Part shown: positions 23,232 to 36,600 of the stretch, in pieces | How the letters are laid out: each line of letters starts with the position of its first letter | How positions within the stretch are numbered: the stretch's first letter is position 1 | NCBI GenBank assembly: GCA_004764695.1 | Contig: SMSO01000031.1 | Span: 8,228,761 to 8,292,760 of the forward strand | Direction of reading: 5' to 3' | From: Schizochytrium sp. TIO01 | Lineage: Eukaryota; Protista; Bigyra: Labyrinthulomycetes | DNA: 64,000 bases | Made by a program: the position numbers and the translations under genes | The notes under the pieces: model-generated | What the model saw: only the letters and a program-made list of their open reading frames with translations | Databases searched by the model: none | What the model was told of the DNA's origin: nothing

Positions 23232-23899
23232 GGTGGCGTAGACGCGGTGGAAGCGAGGAAGCGGGAGAACGACCTTCGCGCGATCGAGTCGGCGGAGGCG
23301 GCGATTTGGAGTATTGCAATTTCGAGGGCGATTTCCTTCTTCTTCTGCTGTTCTGGATAATATTTTGGTCGATGACTACCTCGCTAGGATACATATACCA
23401 CAAACTATAGGACCTTTGCAAACAAGAAAAGCTGCGTTGGCCTCCTCATTATTCTTATCAATTCTTTTTGACGTTTAACTTTAGTAAAAAGAGTTGTCGC
23501 TTTTTCTGGAGCCCAGTCTTTTCCCAAAGCCTCTTGTAGGTTCATGCACATGCAGATAACCCACCAGTCTCTCCGCCCCAGCAGCCTCGTCAAGCCAGTT
23601 AGTTGTACCTAGTTCCCATCATCATCGCTGTTCTTCTCCATCGTCTCTGCTTCTTCAACACAAATGTCTTTGTCTTTGTTTGTTTGCGGATGCAAAGCGC
23701 AGGACCGAGGAGTTGCTATCTGGCGGCGTGCCTGCTGAGACGAAGCATTGCCTTTTATAAGGCGATCAATGACTGACTGAATGAATGAATGAATGAATGA
23801 ATGTTAATTGCAGTTTGAGGTGTGTGCTTGGGAGTGCTGATGGCGCAAGCTGACAAGGACAGACTCACGAAGCACGGGCAGGAACTGGCAGACTTGGAT

Positions 23900-24457
23900 A
23901 GGATACTTCTGAAGAAAGATTGCGAATGAATGGGCGATTGATTGTGTCGGTTTGACTTGACTACGCTACAGGTCAGAGTGGAGGATTGTGAATGAGGGAT
24001 TTTGATGGTTTCGGCTTGTGGAGTCAGGGCTCTGGAGAATCTATCTGTCAAAGGTGCCTGTGTAGTAGTGTAAGTGTAAGATATCTTGGCGGAAAACTTG
24101 ATGATGAAGTGAGCCATTCTTATGCACATGTTATGGGGGGATACGTGTCAACCAGGCTGAAGTTGGTTTGAGAACGGGGTTAGCGCAGCTTGGAGATTGG
24201 AAGTGATCAGGAAGGTGGTCGGCTAGATTAACATACCCACCATGCTCAGGCGGGATTGCTTCTCGCCCGTGCATTTGTGGGCTAGAAGATGATACGCTGT
24301 CGGTTGTAATTGTAGATTTGGGGATATGTACAAACGCTAATGGGCGCGTTGGACGTATAAAAACGACTGAAACAGTTGGGTAATGGTGGCGTTGGAGACC
24401 ATGCAAGACAATCATTATTGATAAAATGCGTCGGAGAAGCAGAAATAGATCCTGCAT
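23900..24457 (-). pseudogene. Probable sulfotransferase (Sulfotransfer_2-like) relic
   Basis: RPLAFVHIPKST (LAFVHIPK at 24340-24317) resembles the 5'-PSB motif xFxHIPKTxGTS. After a stop and frame change, QAPLTDRFSRA resembles the 3'-PB RxPxxRxxS region. The motifs are degenerate. Confidence 0.4.
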
Positions 24458-24520
24458 TTGTTAATATAAATATATACTCTTTTAAGCACAGATATTGAAA
24501 CGAAGCAGAGTGGGAATGCA

Positions 24521-26703
24521 TCACCTTCGTCGCCGTTTCGCAGTTTGTTTGTTTGATTTTGAGTTCTTTGAACCAGCGTCAGATGCCATGGCATTGCGAA
24601 GCATAACATTGAAAGCGTTTTTCTGAGCAGGTGCTGGGGCTTTGGAAATATTAGTGCTGCATTCAATAATTTCCACCTCATCGGCGTCTGTGAGGTCTAC
24701 CACAGGGCCATCAGATGTGATGTTACTGGATGCTGAGAGTGTCGGTAGCGAATAGGAGACATCTGCTGGTTGGTCCCTTTCTCTTTTTGTATGTTCATCT
24801 TTTGGAAATAGCAAAGATTGACTTGACGAAGATCCCGAAAGTTCCTGTTGCTTGGAAATATTATCCTTTTCAAGAGTGCTATGATCTGTGGCATTGTCCT
24901 GTTTTTGAGAAGCATCGTTTTCGCTCATGGCCGATGTTCCACACTCTTCCTTCTTTGAAGGTGCAAGTGCAGCGGCGTTTTTCATAAAATCTTTCAATGT
25001 GGGTTTTGTCCGCTGTTTGGTGGATGATGAGGATTGAGAAATTGATTTCACAGCTTGTGGAGCAGCTTGCGGTTTGTCTGGATCTGGAGCAAAAAAATTC
25101 TGAAAACGCTTCTGTTGAGCGGTTTTCCATTTGTCTGCAGACTCATCAACAAGCCAGGATCCAGGGATATTTACGCTTTCGAAAGTGTCGAGACCCAAAG
25201 CAAGTCGATTGACGAAGGGGAGTGCCTTTAGTATGTCAAAGCAGGCACCAACAACTTCATCAGCACCATCCAACTCAACTTGAATAGTCTCTTCTTCAGG
25301 AGCACCTTTCTGCTTAAGCAGGGCGAATCGAAGAAATGGGTTCGGTTTGGGCACATTGAGGCGCCGGGTGAATCCTCCTCCGCGTGTGGCATAGTGCAAA
25401 GTAAGCTTTGTTCCGATGCGCCCAAACATTACAGCATCAGCGTGAGCACGGTCGAACAGCTCTGTGACAAGAAGGCGTAGCCACGATTTGATTGGTTCGG
25501 GATTTGAAATTGGTGTAAACGACTTGGCACTAAGGAGTGATTTGGGTGCCATTTTGGGTTTGACAGCGCGGTTATCCAGTGCAGAAGAAATGTCGAGCAC
25601 CCACTTGGCGGTGTCCTGGCCAACAGCGCGAACGATTTGAGGCCATCGAACCATTTGAAAAAAATCTTCAAGAGTGGGGGGAGGTGGCTCAACTGGTTGT
25701 TGAGTTGTGTTGCCGGTTGGATTTCCAGTTATACCTGGCACTAGACCAGGTGGAGACGCAGATGTAGAGTTGCCAGCTGATGTTTGGGAGGTTGTTTGTT
25801 GTTGTTGTTGTGTTGTGGTGGTGGTGGTGGCGCAGAAATCTGGGCCGTCGTAGAGGCATCAACAGCGCATTCTTTGATAGGAAGAAGGGCTAGAAGCTTG
25901 CGTCCTAGCTCGCCACCTAGACCAGGCACTTTCTTCAACGGAATAGATCGAATCAAGGCAAATCCATAATGGCGCGGTACTACAGTTTGCTTGTTTGGTT
26001 TATTATGTGCAGAGGCAATTTTGGCAAGAATCTTGTTTGTGGCGACACCACCTGACATGGTAAATTCAGTCGTTTTTAAGACGTCACGGCGTATGCGTTC
26101 CATGAGCGCTGCCCCTCGACAAAGATCGTAGTCCTCCGGCGCAAGGCCAGTGGCGTCGCCAAGAATATTTGTGCGAGTCATGGCATTATCGACTTCTTCA
26201 TCTGTAAGCTCGAGTGGTGATCCTGGCTTGACCAGTTCTGTGACATCAATATAGGCCTCATCAATGGATGCTCGCTCAACATAACGGAGCGGTACGTGTT
26301 TACGAATGACGTCCATGACTTGAAAAGATGCAACTCTATATCGACGCAACGATGCTTTTGCATCATTCCTTCCCTGTGTTGCATCTTCGCCAGCATACCG
26401 TGCGCCTTGTTTCGAGTTTTTATTGTTTGGGTCGAGTTCGAGCACCTCTACGTGTACGAGTTGAACCTCAGGAAACTTATCTTTGACTTCCTCTGCGTTC
26501 ATGCCTTTGGGGATTCCTAGTGCTCGCATAGGGTAGTTTCGAGCAATAATACCGCCCCATTGTTGCACGCCGACGGGTATCTCGCGTGGTATATTCAAGC
26601 GACGGTGCTCCACCTGCGCATAGAAGGCGTCAAGGTCCAGATGAAAGATCACCTGCCGTTTCTGCTGCGTGGCGGCGTTGTTTGTATCGCCATCTAGAAA
26701 CAT
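24521..26703 (-). CDS. POLH: Y-family DNA polymerase eta; split by 1-nt deletion in a (CAA)n tract near 25811
   Basis: FHLDLDAFYAQVE, VQQW..IARNY, YRVAS, RASIDEAYID, SGGVATNKILAKIASAHNKPNKQT, KKVPGLGG. The second ORF has little-finger PKSLLSAKSF, PIP-like QKRFQNFF and NLS-like KRRRR. Adding one base gives a single 727-aa ORF. Confidence 0.9.
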
Positions 26704-26871
26704 GGTTGAGGTTGAGGTTGTGTGCGCTCGCGTGGCTTTCAGTGACTCATTTCGATGCAGGGCGCGTATCTACTCGCGTCTTGACTTCAGACGGAGAGAC
26801 TCGGATTTGACCGCTTCATTGCTACTCCACAAGCGAGAGCACTAAGCCTAGGTCGTTAGTTGATTAGTTGT

Positions 26872-26900
26872 GCGCAACGCATTTTGGCGCAACGCATTTT
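26872..26900. promoter_or_regulatory. Tandem 14-bp repeat with overlapping E2F-like site upstream of Pol eta
   Basis: GCGCAACGCATTTT at 26872-26885 and 26887-26900; the junction creates TTTGGCGC (26883-26890), matching TTTSSCGC, about 170-200 bp upstream of the ATG. Confidence 0.3.
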
Positions 26901-29900
26901 AGCTTCATTCTTCATACTAGTTACTACAATCTTGGCACTATTTCCTCCTGATTCTGAAGCAACTGTCTGAAGAAGTTGTCTTCAGCACGCCAAGACTTTA
27001 TTGACTTCAAGTTTATGAGTAGTAGATTCGTGAAGTTACGACTTATTATTTGAGTCGAGTCTCGCATGCATAGTGATGAAGATATCTATTCGTTCTCTAC
27101 TAGAGATGGAATAACAAAGAGAGCTCTGTCGAGTTCTAGTTTCTAAAAGATGACCTCAAGAAGTAGCGCATTGAATCTTAACAACAAGAACGACACGGGC
27201 GAAGTCATTCCAAAATGGTAGGCAGCGGCATTTGTTGTACCTAAGTTTTGAGGATTGGCAGCGTATCAATGTAGGTTGGTGGGATTAAAAAAACCAAAGC
27301 CGCTGTGAAACCATCGTCAATCTTTGGTTGAATACACTTGATGTCAAACGCTAGACATCAATAGGATTGAATCAAGGTGGAAGGGTACAGAATAAAAGTG
27401 CAGTGTCCAATGCAATGCAATGTTCAGTTCGCACCGACGCAAATTTGCTCACCTGTAAGACGCTTTAAAGTTTGGGTGTTACTGCAATGACATGATGAAT
27501 TATGAGACGCCATTTGCAGTCATATCCTATTGGGCTGTTGAGCAGAACATATGCACTACTGGAGGTTTCCAGCACATGCATCAGTATAGCGTAGACCCGA
27601 CCGTCTGTACATCGTAAAGCATCGAATCACCAATCAGACAGCAAAACTTCACGATGGGTTGCGGATTATCTGAACCACCAATAAGAGTTAATTGCACAGC
27701 AAAGCGTTACGAATAGTTGTAGATCCTTCATCCACTAGAATTGACCAACTTTCAGCGAAACGATGAAATCTTGCCATCGAATGACTCGTTGAAAGTCCCA
27801 GCCAGGAATGAATGTTCGTTCAAATTTGCTGGTCCCAAGATAATCAAGCTAGCATCATGAAAACGTTTCGAAGAGCATCATTGTGATCCTGTCAGCTGGG
27901 GACAGCGAATATCCAAAGAGGGTGTGCTATGCTATGAAACCCCAAACGAGTTGACGACTTACTCGACAAATTCTTAACCACCCCAGGTGCGGTTCATCAC
28001 TCCCCCGCTGCCCCTCTTTGAGAGAGGATCTGCACTTTATAATGCGCGATATATCAGGGGGTAGGGGTTATAAACAAAATACTATACGACCGCTCATTCA
28101 GAAGCACATTCCTATGTTCCTCACAGCAGCTGTCCCCGCAGCCTAAGAGTGGCACTACGCTACCTAACCCCACCTATTTTACGGCCACTGAGGGTTCTCC
28201 AAGGGGGGGTATTATGAAGTTCTGTAATGGCTTTTCTGCTGAATATGGACAGTTTTAATATGAGGCTTCTGCGCCAAAGATGCACCATAACTTATAAAGT
28301 AAACCCCAAATGCGGCTGGAGGTCCGGTCCAAGAAGTCATGCGCGAGCATTTATTCAGCGCAACTATTGTGACAGATGGCGTGTGTCTTTTGGAAGTTCG
28401 ATTTGTGAGGAGACCTAAGAGTACTAAGCGAAGAGAGATTCTTTCTTTTGCCGAACCATAGCAAAGTGGAAGAGAGTGCGAGGTCTATACATGAGAGTGC
28501 GAGTTTTTTAATTTCCTAAGAGTAAATTAAAAGGAGTGATTATCCACTTTTGGAGATTCTGGAGTAAAATTCTTTCTTCCTTTTCTATTTTTCAGTTTTC
28601 GATCTTGTTTTTTCATTTAAAAAAAAAATAAATCATAAAAGATTGCAATGTTGGGAAAAGGCATTTAATAATTACTCCAAAAGCCGATAAATTCGAAATC
28701 TAGAGGAGAAGCGAGTCTACAAAAAGAACTGGAAAGACTTTTCGAGGTCAACTCAATTTTTTACTTTCGTCATACTTTTGGTTGATTCATGACTAGTATA
28801 TAAAAAAGGAGCCATCGCTATGAGACCTGACGTTTTACTATCATTATTATTATTCCTTAAGATTTTTTAATACTGACTAGAATTTTCATCCAAAAAGCAA
28901 ATGAGCGAAAACAATATTTTTATTTTTATTTATATAATTGTTTTAAAATAAAAGAGCATTCAAAAGTTAATTTTAGAATATGTTTTCAAAATAAACAGTT
29001 TCTTAAATTTAGTAAATAAATATTCTATTTAAAATATCATGATTTCTCAAAGAATCTTTCATCGACGAAAGAAGATGAGCAGATGAGCAGAGTAGTACTT
29101 ACTGCCTTCTGCCGCATTTTGCAACATGAAACCGCACCACCTCATTTCCCATTTGATCGCTTGGACATACGTGTCAAACCCCACCATAAAACAGTGCTTC
29201 GGATGGCAAAGACTCTCATCATAATAAGCCGTCTGTTCCCAATCGAATGGTTATCTCTAACTTCACGACGACCTAAAGACCCACCTTTCTCCTCTTACAT
29301 TCACCTTCTCACTCTGATATTGTTCAGGCGACGCGTACACACCTTTCTAATCCCCTTCCGCGGCACTGCTATCTATCTCTCTATCTAAGTGCTAGCCATC
29401 GTGTTCTTCCCTCGGAACAGGTGACTGCGTTCTCCACGCGCTACCGTTTAAGGTAGCCATGTTCCTAACGCGTTCCAAGTTCCCCCTAGCAGAGCGTAGT
29501 TATTTCTAACCACCTTCGGCTCTGCTTACAGTTAGGCACCATAAAGAAGAGGACGATGATGTTCCTTCCTTCCTTCCTTACATTGCAGTATCAGCGGATC
29601 ATCGAAATGAGTGGCCCTTATGAGGATTGCGGATCCTATCTGAAATCGCTGCTGCCATTCCATATCCTCCATCCACTGCAGCCAGCGCGCATGCCTCCGT
29701 CCACTCACTCACTCGCTCACTCACTCACTCGTTCTGGCTGCCTGCCGAAGGGGAGCGGCGCCGTCGCTGCTGCAAAGGAGCCACGAGCCCATCGTCAGAG
29801 CGGCTGCAGCGGAGGCGATGTGAGTGAGATCGAGAGAGACGAAGGGCCTCGATTGAACTTGAGTTCACTTCACTGTATGGATAGAAAGAAAGAAAGAAAG

Positions 29901-30596
29901 AAAGATAGAAAGAAAGAAGAAAGGAAAGAGAAAGAAAGGAAAGAGAAAGCAAGCGCGGATTCAAGTTGCCAGGGATAGGAGTAAATAGGTATTCATTCTT
30001 CTAGAGGTCTTGGCTTGGCTTTCTGAAAAAGGAGGAGAAATAGAGTGATGAAGAGCGAAAATGGTCAATTCTTTTTGGTTTGTTTTTCGTAGATTCGGAA
30101 TGCTTAGCGAATAAGGCACATTTTTAAAAGTATTAACTAGCTAGACGCTATGGTTGTACCTATAAATGCTGCATACTATCTGAATAAAATGGAGAAGTTT
30201 ACAAAAAAAAAAAATGAGATGAAAAGATGTTCACATACATTTTGAAATAAAAATATTGTTCATAATTTATTTTTAAGTATATAAAAATAAAAACACTAAA
30301 TCGTCAGGTCTTTTCACTTTAGAAAGAAATAAAATGAGAACGAGAGGTTTCATTTGCACAAACGATGATTCAACAAAGTCGGTTTTCAGTTTTCAGAGAT
30401 CACAAGCCACACAGACAGCCACACAGACAGACAGACAGACACCAAGGACGGTTGGGATGGAAGAAGCAGAATCATCACTCGGAGGCGTCTCGAGAAGTGG
30501 TGGCTATAGCAGCACTCTTGAAACACACGGACAGCCTCAGCTCAGACCGGCCCATGGTCCGTGAGCTTTGGTGTGGTCTGTTCACTCAATTAATCT

Positions 30597-30704
30597 GTCA
30601 ATTAATTTATCAATCAATCAATCAATCAATCTATCAATCAAATCAAATCAAATCAATCGATCGATGGATCAATCAAATCAATCGATCAATCGATCCATAG
30701 ATCA
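30597..30704. repeat. Compound (ATCA)n/(AAATC)n/(ATCG)n simple repeat
   Basis: Directly visible imperfect SSR array. Confidence 0.9.
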
Positions 30705-31102
30705 ACTCCAAAGCAGTTGAAGGCAGTATAGCAGGCTTTCGCTCGAACCACAGAGAGCTTTCGTTCATCCATTCCACCAAAGCACAGCTTTATCGGAAAC
30801 CTCTCAGCGAGAACAATTAGAAAAAGGCGGAACTCGCGCCCCAAATAGTACCTCCCTCCTCCTACTGGCGAAGAGCTCTCGCGAGTTCACAGCTCTTCCT
30901 AACGCGCTGTGCCTTTTCTTTTCTTTTCTTTTCTTTTCGTGGCAAAGGGTCCTTTCCTCTCCCCGTCTGTGTCTCGACCTGCTACCATCGTTCCTGCTTC
31001 AACTCGGCCTCCGCACTTTCTTTCGCTCCCTGCGGCATCTTTGGCGCGACTCTCGTCTCTGCTGGCAGGCCCAGCCAGACGTTGGCGCTCTCCAGGAAGG
31101 AT

Positions 31103-31138
<36 letters not shown>
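31103..31138. repeat. (GCAA)9 microsatellite
   Basis: Perfect tetranucleotide repeat. Confidence 0.95.
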
Positions 31139-31139
<1 letters not shown>

Positions 31140-32629
31140 GTCGCCACGCTCCACCGATGAGACCTCGAGCTGGGCCTGTGCCCGCCGGTGACCGCTCTGA
31201 GCGTGGTTTCAAAATTGCCGTCTAAGCAGGTTGGCCTCAAATTCTTGAGAGTGAGTGCCTGCCTTTGAAGCCAAGCTCGCGGCCTGCTCGACGAATGGCT
31301 CCCGAGGCGGGTAACGGTAGGGCAGCTCCGCCGGCTGCAGACTTCGGGTCGCCGGAGGGCTTATCTAATTTAGTCCACCACCGTGGTCGTCTTTGTAACT
31401 CCAAGTTCGAGAAGACAGACAAAGAAGGCATTGTGTAATTTCATCCATGCGTCGAGGAGGGGGCCAATTAATTCGAGGCGCGATGACTTCGCAGCTGCTG
31501 CTGCTGCTGCTGCTGCGAAGAAGAAAAAGACGACGACGAAGAAGAAGAGGAGGCTGACCGTGTGGGAAATAAGGTGGAGCAAGTTATGCACGCGAGGTTC
31601 TGAAGCAAAGCTTGGCTTGCTTTCGCCGCGTGCGTTTACCCACCAAAGGCGCCGCTGTAGAGGCTGTGTCTGTTTGCTTGCTTGCTTGCTTGTTCGAATT
31701 TTGTTGAGATTGGAGACAACAACAACAACAACAACAAGAAGACTGGAGTCAGGATGAGCGGCCGGGTGACCGTTCGAGAACCGTGAGCGAGACTATCACC
31801 ATCACTTGGAGGCGAGGAAGAAGAGGCGCGGCCTGGCCTCTGTTTGCAGTAGGCACCAAGTTCCGAGTCGCAGTCCTCTTCCCGTGCTCTTGGAGGATGG
31901 GCGGCGAGAGGTTCGGCAGGTGCTCCAAGGACAGACGCAGGTCAGTGAGCTGAGTACAACGTCTGGCGGCTCCGCAGCCTCGGCCCACGCAGCTTCGACG
32001 GAGGCCTGGGCATCGCAGCTCTGGACCTCCTTCCGCGGTAATCGGCGCTCCTGTGAAGAATGAATTGCGATTTGAAATATCTTGGAGATTTCGAATGCTC
32101 AGGTTTGGTGAAAACTCGAATATTTGAAATCTTGGTGGAGATTTGAAAATGCGATGGTTTCAAGTATTACTTAAACCGTACATACGTTCAAGTTTTTGAA
32201 ATTTGAATGCACTCTTCTACATTCTGAATACATACATATGCTCGTTGGTCTTCTTGCATTCCTTTCCTCTTTCAGAGAAAGAAAGGAAGAAAGACAGACA
32301 GACACAAACATATGCAGCCTCAGGAAAGAATGATGTACATGATATTTTAAACAAAACAAACAATTTTCAATTTAATTTCAATTTACTTTCAAATTAACAA
32401 AAAACAAAACAGAAAGGCACGAACGAATGAAAGCACACCTACTTGCTGGCTTGTCTGTCACTTGCTGCTCCACCAGACCAGCTTGCCAGTTTCTTCGAGC
32501 TCTCCGCCTGCTCAGCTCATCATCGCTCGCTCGCTCGCGAAGGTTTACCTCCAGTTTCGCTGGGCCCTGTGAGTGCCGGTGGTGTAATTCTTCGACCAAG
32601 ATCTCCAGATCCGCGTGCAAAACCACATG

Positions 32630-32697
32630 CATATATACACATACATACATACATACATACATACATCATACATACATACATACACATATATATACAC
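32630..32697. repeat. (ATAC)n microsatellite, imperfect
   Basis: Directly visible; similar tracts at ~3589-3603 and 49751-49773. Confidence 0.9.
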
Positions 32698-32883
32698 TAA
32701 GAAGGCGCAGTCAGTCTCACCTGTGATCCAGGCTCTGCTGTGAAGAACTCCGTTACCGAGCTGGTTAGCGCGCTCGAGAAAGCTGGCGCGGCCAATGGCA
32801 CAGCCTCTCAGACATGTCACCGTTAGCAGCAGGTTCTTAAAGGTCGCGTGGCGAGTGGATGATCCGTCTCCACTCCACCGCTG

Positions 32884-32922
32884 TGAGTGAGTGAGTGAGT
32901 GAGTGAGTGAGCGAGTGAGTGA
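32884..32922. repeat. (GTGA)n microsatellite
   Basis: Directly visible; the complementary (CACT)n unit recurs at ~29702-29730, 45767-45814 and ~46091-46134. Confidence 0.9.
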
Positions 32923-33150
32923 GGAGTCAATTTTGGCGCTTTCGAAGGAGGAGCGCCCAGCTCGCTCGCTGGATATAGCTGTTACGAAGACCTTGGAGCG
33001 GCGGCGCTGTTAATGCGGCTCGTTGTCCTCAATGCTCGCTCCACACGGGCTCCCGCCCGTCGATGAGTTCTGAGGTCCGCCTGTCCCTCGTGGGTCGATT
33101 ATCTTGGGCCAAAACGCCTCCCAAAGTGGTGGAGGGATCATTCATTTGAA

Positions 33151-33188
33151 TCGATTCGAATCGATTCGATTCGATTCGATTCGATTCG
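33151..33188. repeat. (TCGAT)n pentanucleotide repeat
   Basis: Directly visible, with one TCGAA variant. Confidence 0.9.
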
Positions 33189-33469
33189 CCGGAAACCTCA
33201 GTTTGCGGTGCATTTCATGGGTCGTGGCCACGTGCCCTCAATGCGCCACCATTGCGGCGACGATTGTGATTTCTCTCAAGTCTGCCTCCTCGAGACGCGC
33301 CTCGAGTCAAGTCCACCCACCCACGTTTCGATGGTCTGGCTGCAGTCCTGCTCTTCTTTCTTCCCGGTTTCTGAGTCGGGCAGCGTCGAGTTCGCCTTCT
33401 CTCGTGGATGGAGCTCTGAGACAGAGTCCTTCGCTTCGCGAGCGTATGCGTGTTTCTATGTTTGATTGT

Positions 33470-33650
33470 TTCAAGTTGTATGTTTGTTTGTATATGTTTG
33501 TATATGTTTGTTGATTCGTATGATTATTTGTATATGTTTGTTGATTTGTATGATTATGTTTGTTGATGCGTATAATTGTCTGTTTGTTGATGCGTATAAT
33601 TCTTTGATTGTATGATTGTTGCTTTGTATATTTGTATATTTGTATGAATG
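33470..33650 (+). repeat. Degenerate TG-rich minisatellite, core TGTTTGTTGATKYGTATRATT x4
   Basis: Four copies of a ~21-bp core with variable spacers between about 33505 and 33601, inside a C-poor tract. Confidence 0.8.
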
Positions 33651-36600
33651 AACGAATGAATGAATGCATACATCCATGTACGTACCTATTATGCACTTCA
33701 AAACCCGAACATCCCCACCCCAGACCAGGCCATGTGACCGCGGCAGCCGCGGAGCTGGAGGCGGCGCTAGCTGCAGGCCGTGCGGGCAAGCGACTGCCGA
33801 CCCAGAGGGCCGCGCTGCCTCCGGGAGGCGGCCATCCATCCGGAGCCTGCGCAGCTTGGGCCTTGCTTGCCCGGGACTTTCTCGAGGCATCGGGCGCGAA
33901 GAAGCTCGAATGGGAAAAAAGGAGAAAAAGCGAACTTTGGCAAACTCGGTTTCTCTCCCTGAAGATGGCCAAAAAGTAAGGGCAAAAGAAAAGAGAGTAC
34001 AAACTAATAAGAGAACTTATTTACTTACTCCTACTTACTTACTTGCTTACGAGGTAGTAGTTGTTAATGATACTTGTTCTGTATGGGTACAGGGTGGCTT
34101 TTATACGTACTATGATTTGCGTTTTTCTTTTGTGCTTTGTGTATGAAGAAGAGATTTTCCTTTTTTTCTTTTCTTTTCTTCGTTCATAATATGTAATAAT
34201 ATCCTTTAAAGGTTTAAAAATAAAATGAATGAAACATCATTTTATTTTATTTTAAACTTTTGCGATAGTATTTAAAAAAAACATTTTTTTTAAATGAAAG
34301 GTGATCTATTAATTTTATCGTTTGCAGTTTTATCTTTTCGTTTAAAATTAAATTAATTAAATTAATTAAATGTTTTGTATAATGATGAAGATTGAAAATA
34401 AATTGTCTTGAATAAATAGACCTGTCTCCATCGACCATGGTGTGCGCCATCAAAGTTTGGCAACTCTAGGAACGAAACGTTCAAGGATCCGGATTGTTGG
34501 CAAAAATCAAGCACGAAAGCGTCTCTGAGAATAACGCACTCTGAAATTGCCTTATTACAACCGCAAAGACTGAGCAGTTCCTACGTAGGTTTCTTGCTTG
34601 TGTAGCCAAGCTCCAATGCTGGATGTGCAATCATTCTGGCGCCGCGGAACGATACGAGCACGTGTGGCTGCTGACCCTTTTTCCCATCTCAAAATAAATA
34701 AATAAATAAACAAATAGATAAATAAATACTGGTTTCTTAAAAAGTGAAGAGTAAAACCACGACGTTAGTGTCGGCGTCTATCCGCGACTCTTGATAGCCG
34801 GCGTGGGGAGGGTTTCCCAAACGAAGAATTGCACTGCCACACACTCTCACACAAGGTTCCACGCTCGTGATGCCTGCATTTGCTCACGTGGCCCAATTGA
34901 GCCCCGAAATGGTCTGCCTAAGCATACTCTAGGCCATTCTACTAGCGCTCAATTCGATACCAGTACTAGCGCAGCAGCACGTGCACCCCATTTGCATTTG
35001 CGTTGCGCAGACATGCATAAGTCGCCGTGGTTTTCCAAAAGGCCGTTCTCCTCGGCTCCTGCGTGTTCCGCTCTAGGAAAGAGTACTAGAATGTGGCAGT
35101 GCTGTTACAATCCTTCTCGAGTCCGCCACAATAGCCGGGCGCTCGATTTATATAGAAGCTGCTGCTCTTGAGTCTGTGCTTGAACGAGTATGATTAGTAA
35201 ATAAAATCAGCCTTTCCATTTAGCTGCTTCCTAGGACGAGCTTGGAATTATTCTCCTGCGCTGCCTCCAGATTCCGCCCAGGTGTGCGAAAAATTCCTAT
35301 ACTTTAAATTATCTGGAACACTAGCTAAGCTGAATGAGGCCGACATCACCATCGATATAATTATCGATGATCAACCGAGTAGGCTATAAGTTATTATAAC
35401 CCCTACTTTACATATTTTGGTTCAGAAGCTCATTTGAACAAAAAAAACAATCCTTTCAACATGATGATTAGCCAGTGAAGGATCATACGCTTATAACGCC
35501 AGAGCTGCTGAATGAGCTACTAGTAGTAGCTAGTGAAGAAACTACCGTAGCTTTTAAGGTTTTTGATGACATTTCATGAGCTATCTATAGAGATGGCAGT
35601 CGCAGGTAGAGACCCTTGCGCTTTAGATCGGCGATAACGACGGTCCAGCCCGCGAAGGATTGGTCGATTTACAAGGACACGAGTGCATTGAGCTGGCATC
35701 ACCTCTGCCAAGTCTTAGTTGGCAGAGACATGCATCTTCGAGTATTCATGATCTTGTGGAAAAAGCGCATGAGGACGCTGGTGTTGAAATCTTGCAGTTT
35801 TCCAAACCCAGAGGCTTGAAATGAGTTTGCGGTATTCATGCAATTCCTTCGCTCAATAGCTGGCTTGGAATTCCAAAAAAAGATCGATCTTTTGATGATG
35901 AATATTTATTTGGCAGCTCGAAGAATGGAAGATAAATCTTCGCAAACCTTCAAGTTGAGTGTATAGTAGTAAAACCCCATACAGATTTGTAGTACCAGGC
36001 ATCAAAACATCCTGCACACCTAGACCGTCGCCAAATCTCCAAGCCTCGGAAAGGTGTTTTCTCGCATCTCATCCCAGAGGTGACTCGGCCAGCAATTCTA
36101 AATCGATCTGTGGATTTCATTATCATCCTTCCTCCTTTTCGCACACACCCACTCTTGAATATGATGTCAATCAACTCATTAGTGTTTAGCACACTGAGGG
36201 AGGAGTATTAGAAGCGAAGAAGATATGATATTGACTTGCCGAACTTGAAATCGTAAACCTAAATCCATCCGCCCTGTAGCGAGCCCAGTGGCATGCTGTG
36301 CTTCGTTCAGCGCCGGAGCCCGCCTCGGTTCTCCAGCTCAAACGGCACGACAGGCTCCGGTCTTCGGCTGGCCGAGGCAGCTCGACTGAGAATCTTTTGC
36401 TTTTGTAATCATCGGCGCCGCCTCTTTGAAGAAAGCTGCTGCGATGCGCACCAACAGTAGTGAGTAAGAAGAGCAATTGTGAAGAAGCGATAAGAGGCAC
36501 TAGTAGTAGTAGTAGTAGTCAGGTCGGCACGTGCAGAGGTTTGAAAAGAAGGAAAAGAATGATGACGATCCTGGTTTTGCTTTGCGTTGTGGCGATTGCT

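Noticed and set aside
35703-35727. 9-bp hairpin (similar one at 20142-20189)
   Set aside because: Stems this short are expected by chance in 64 kb.
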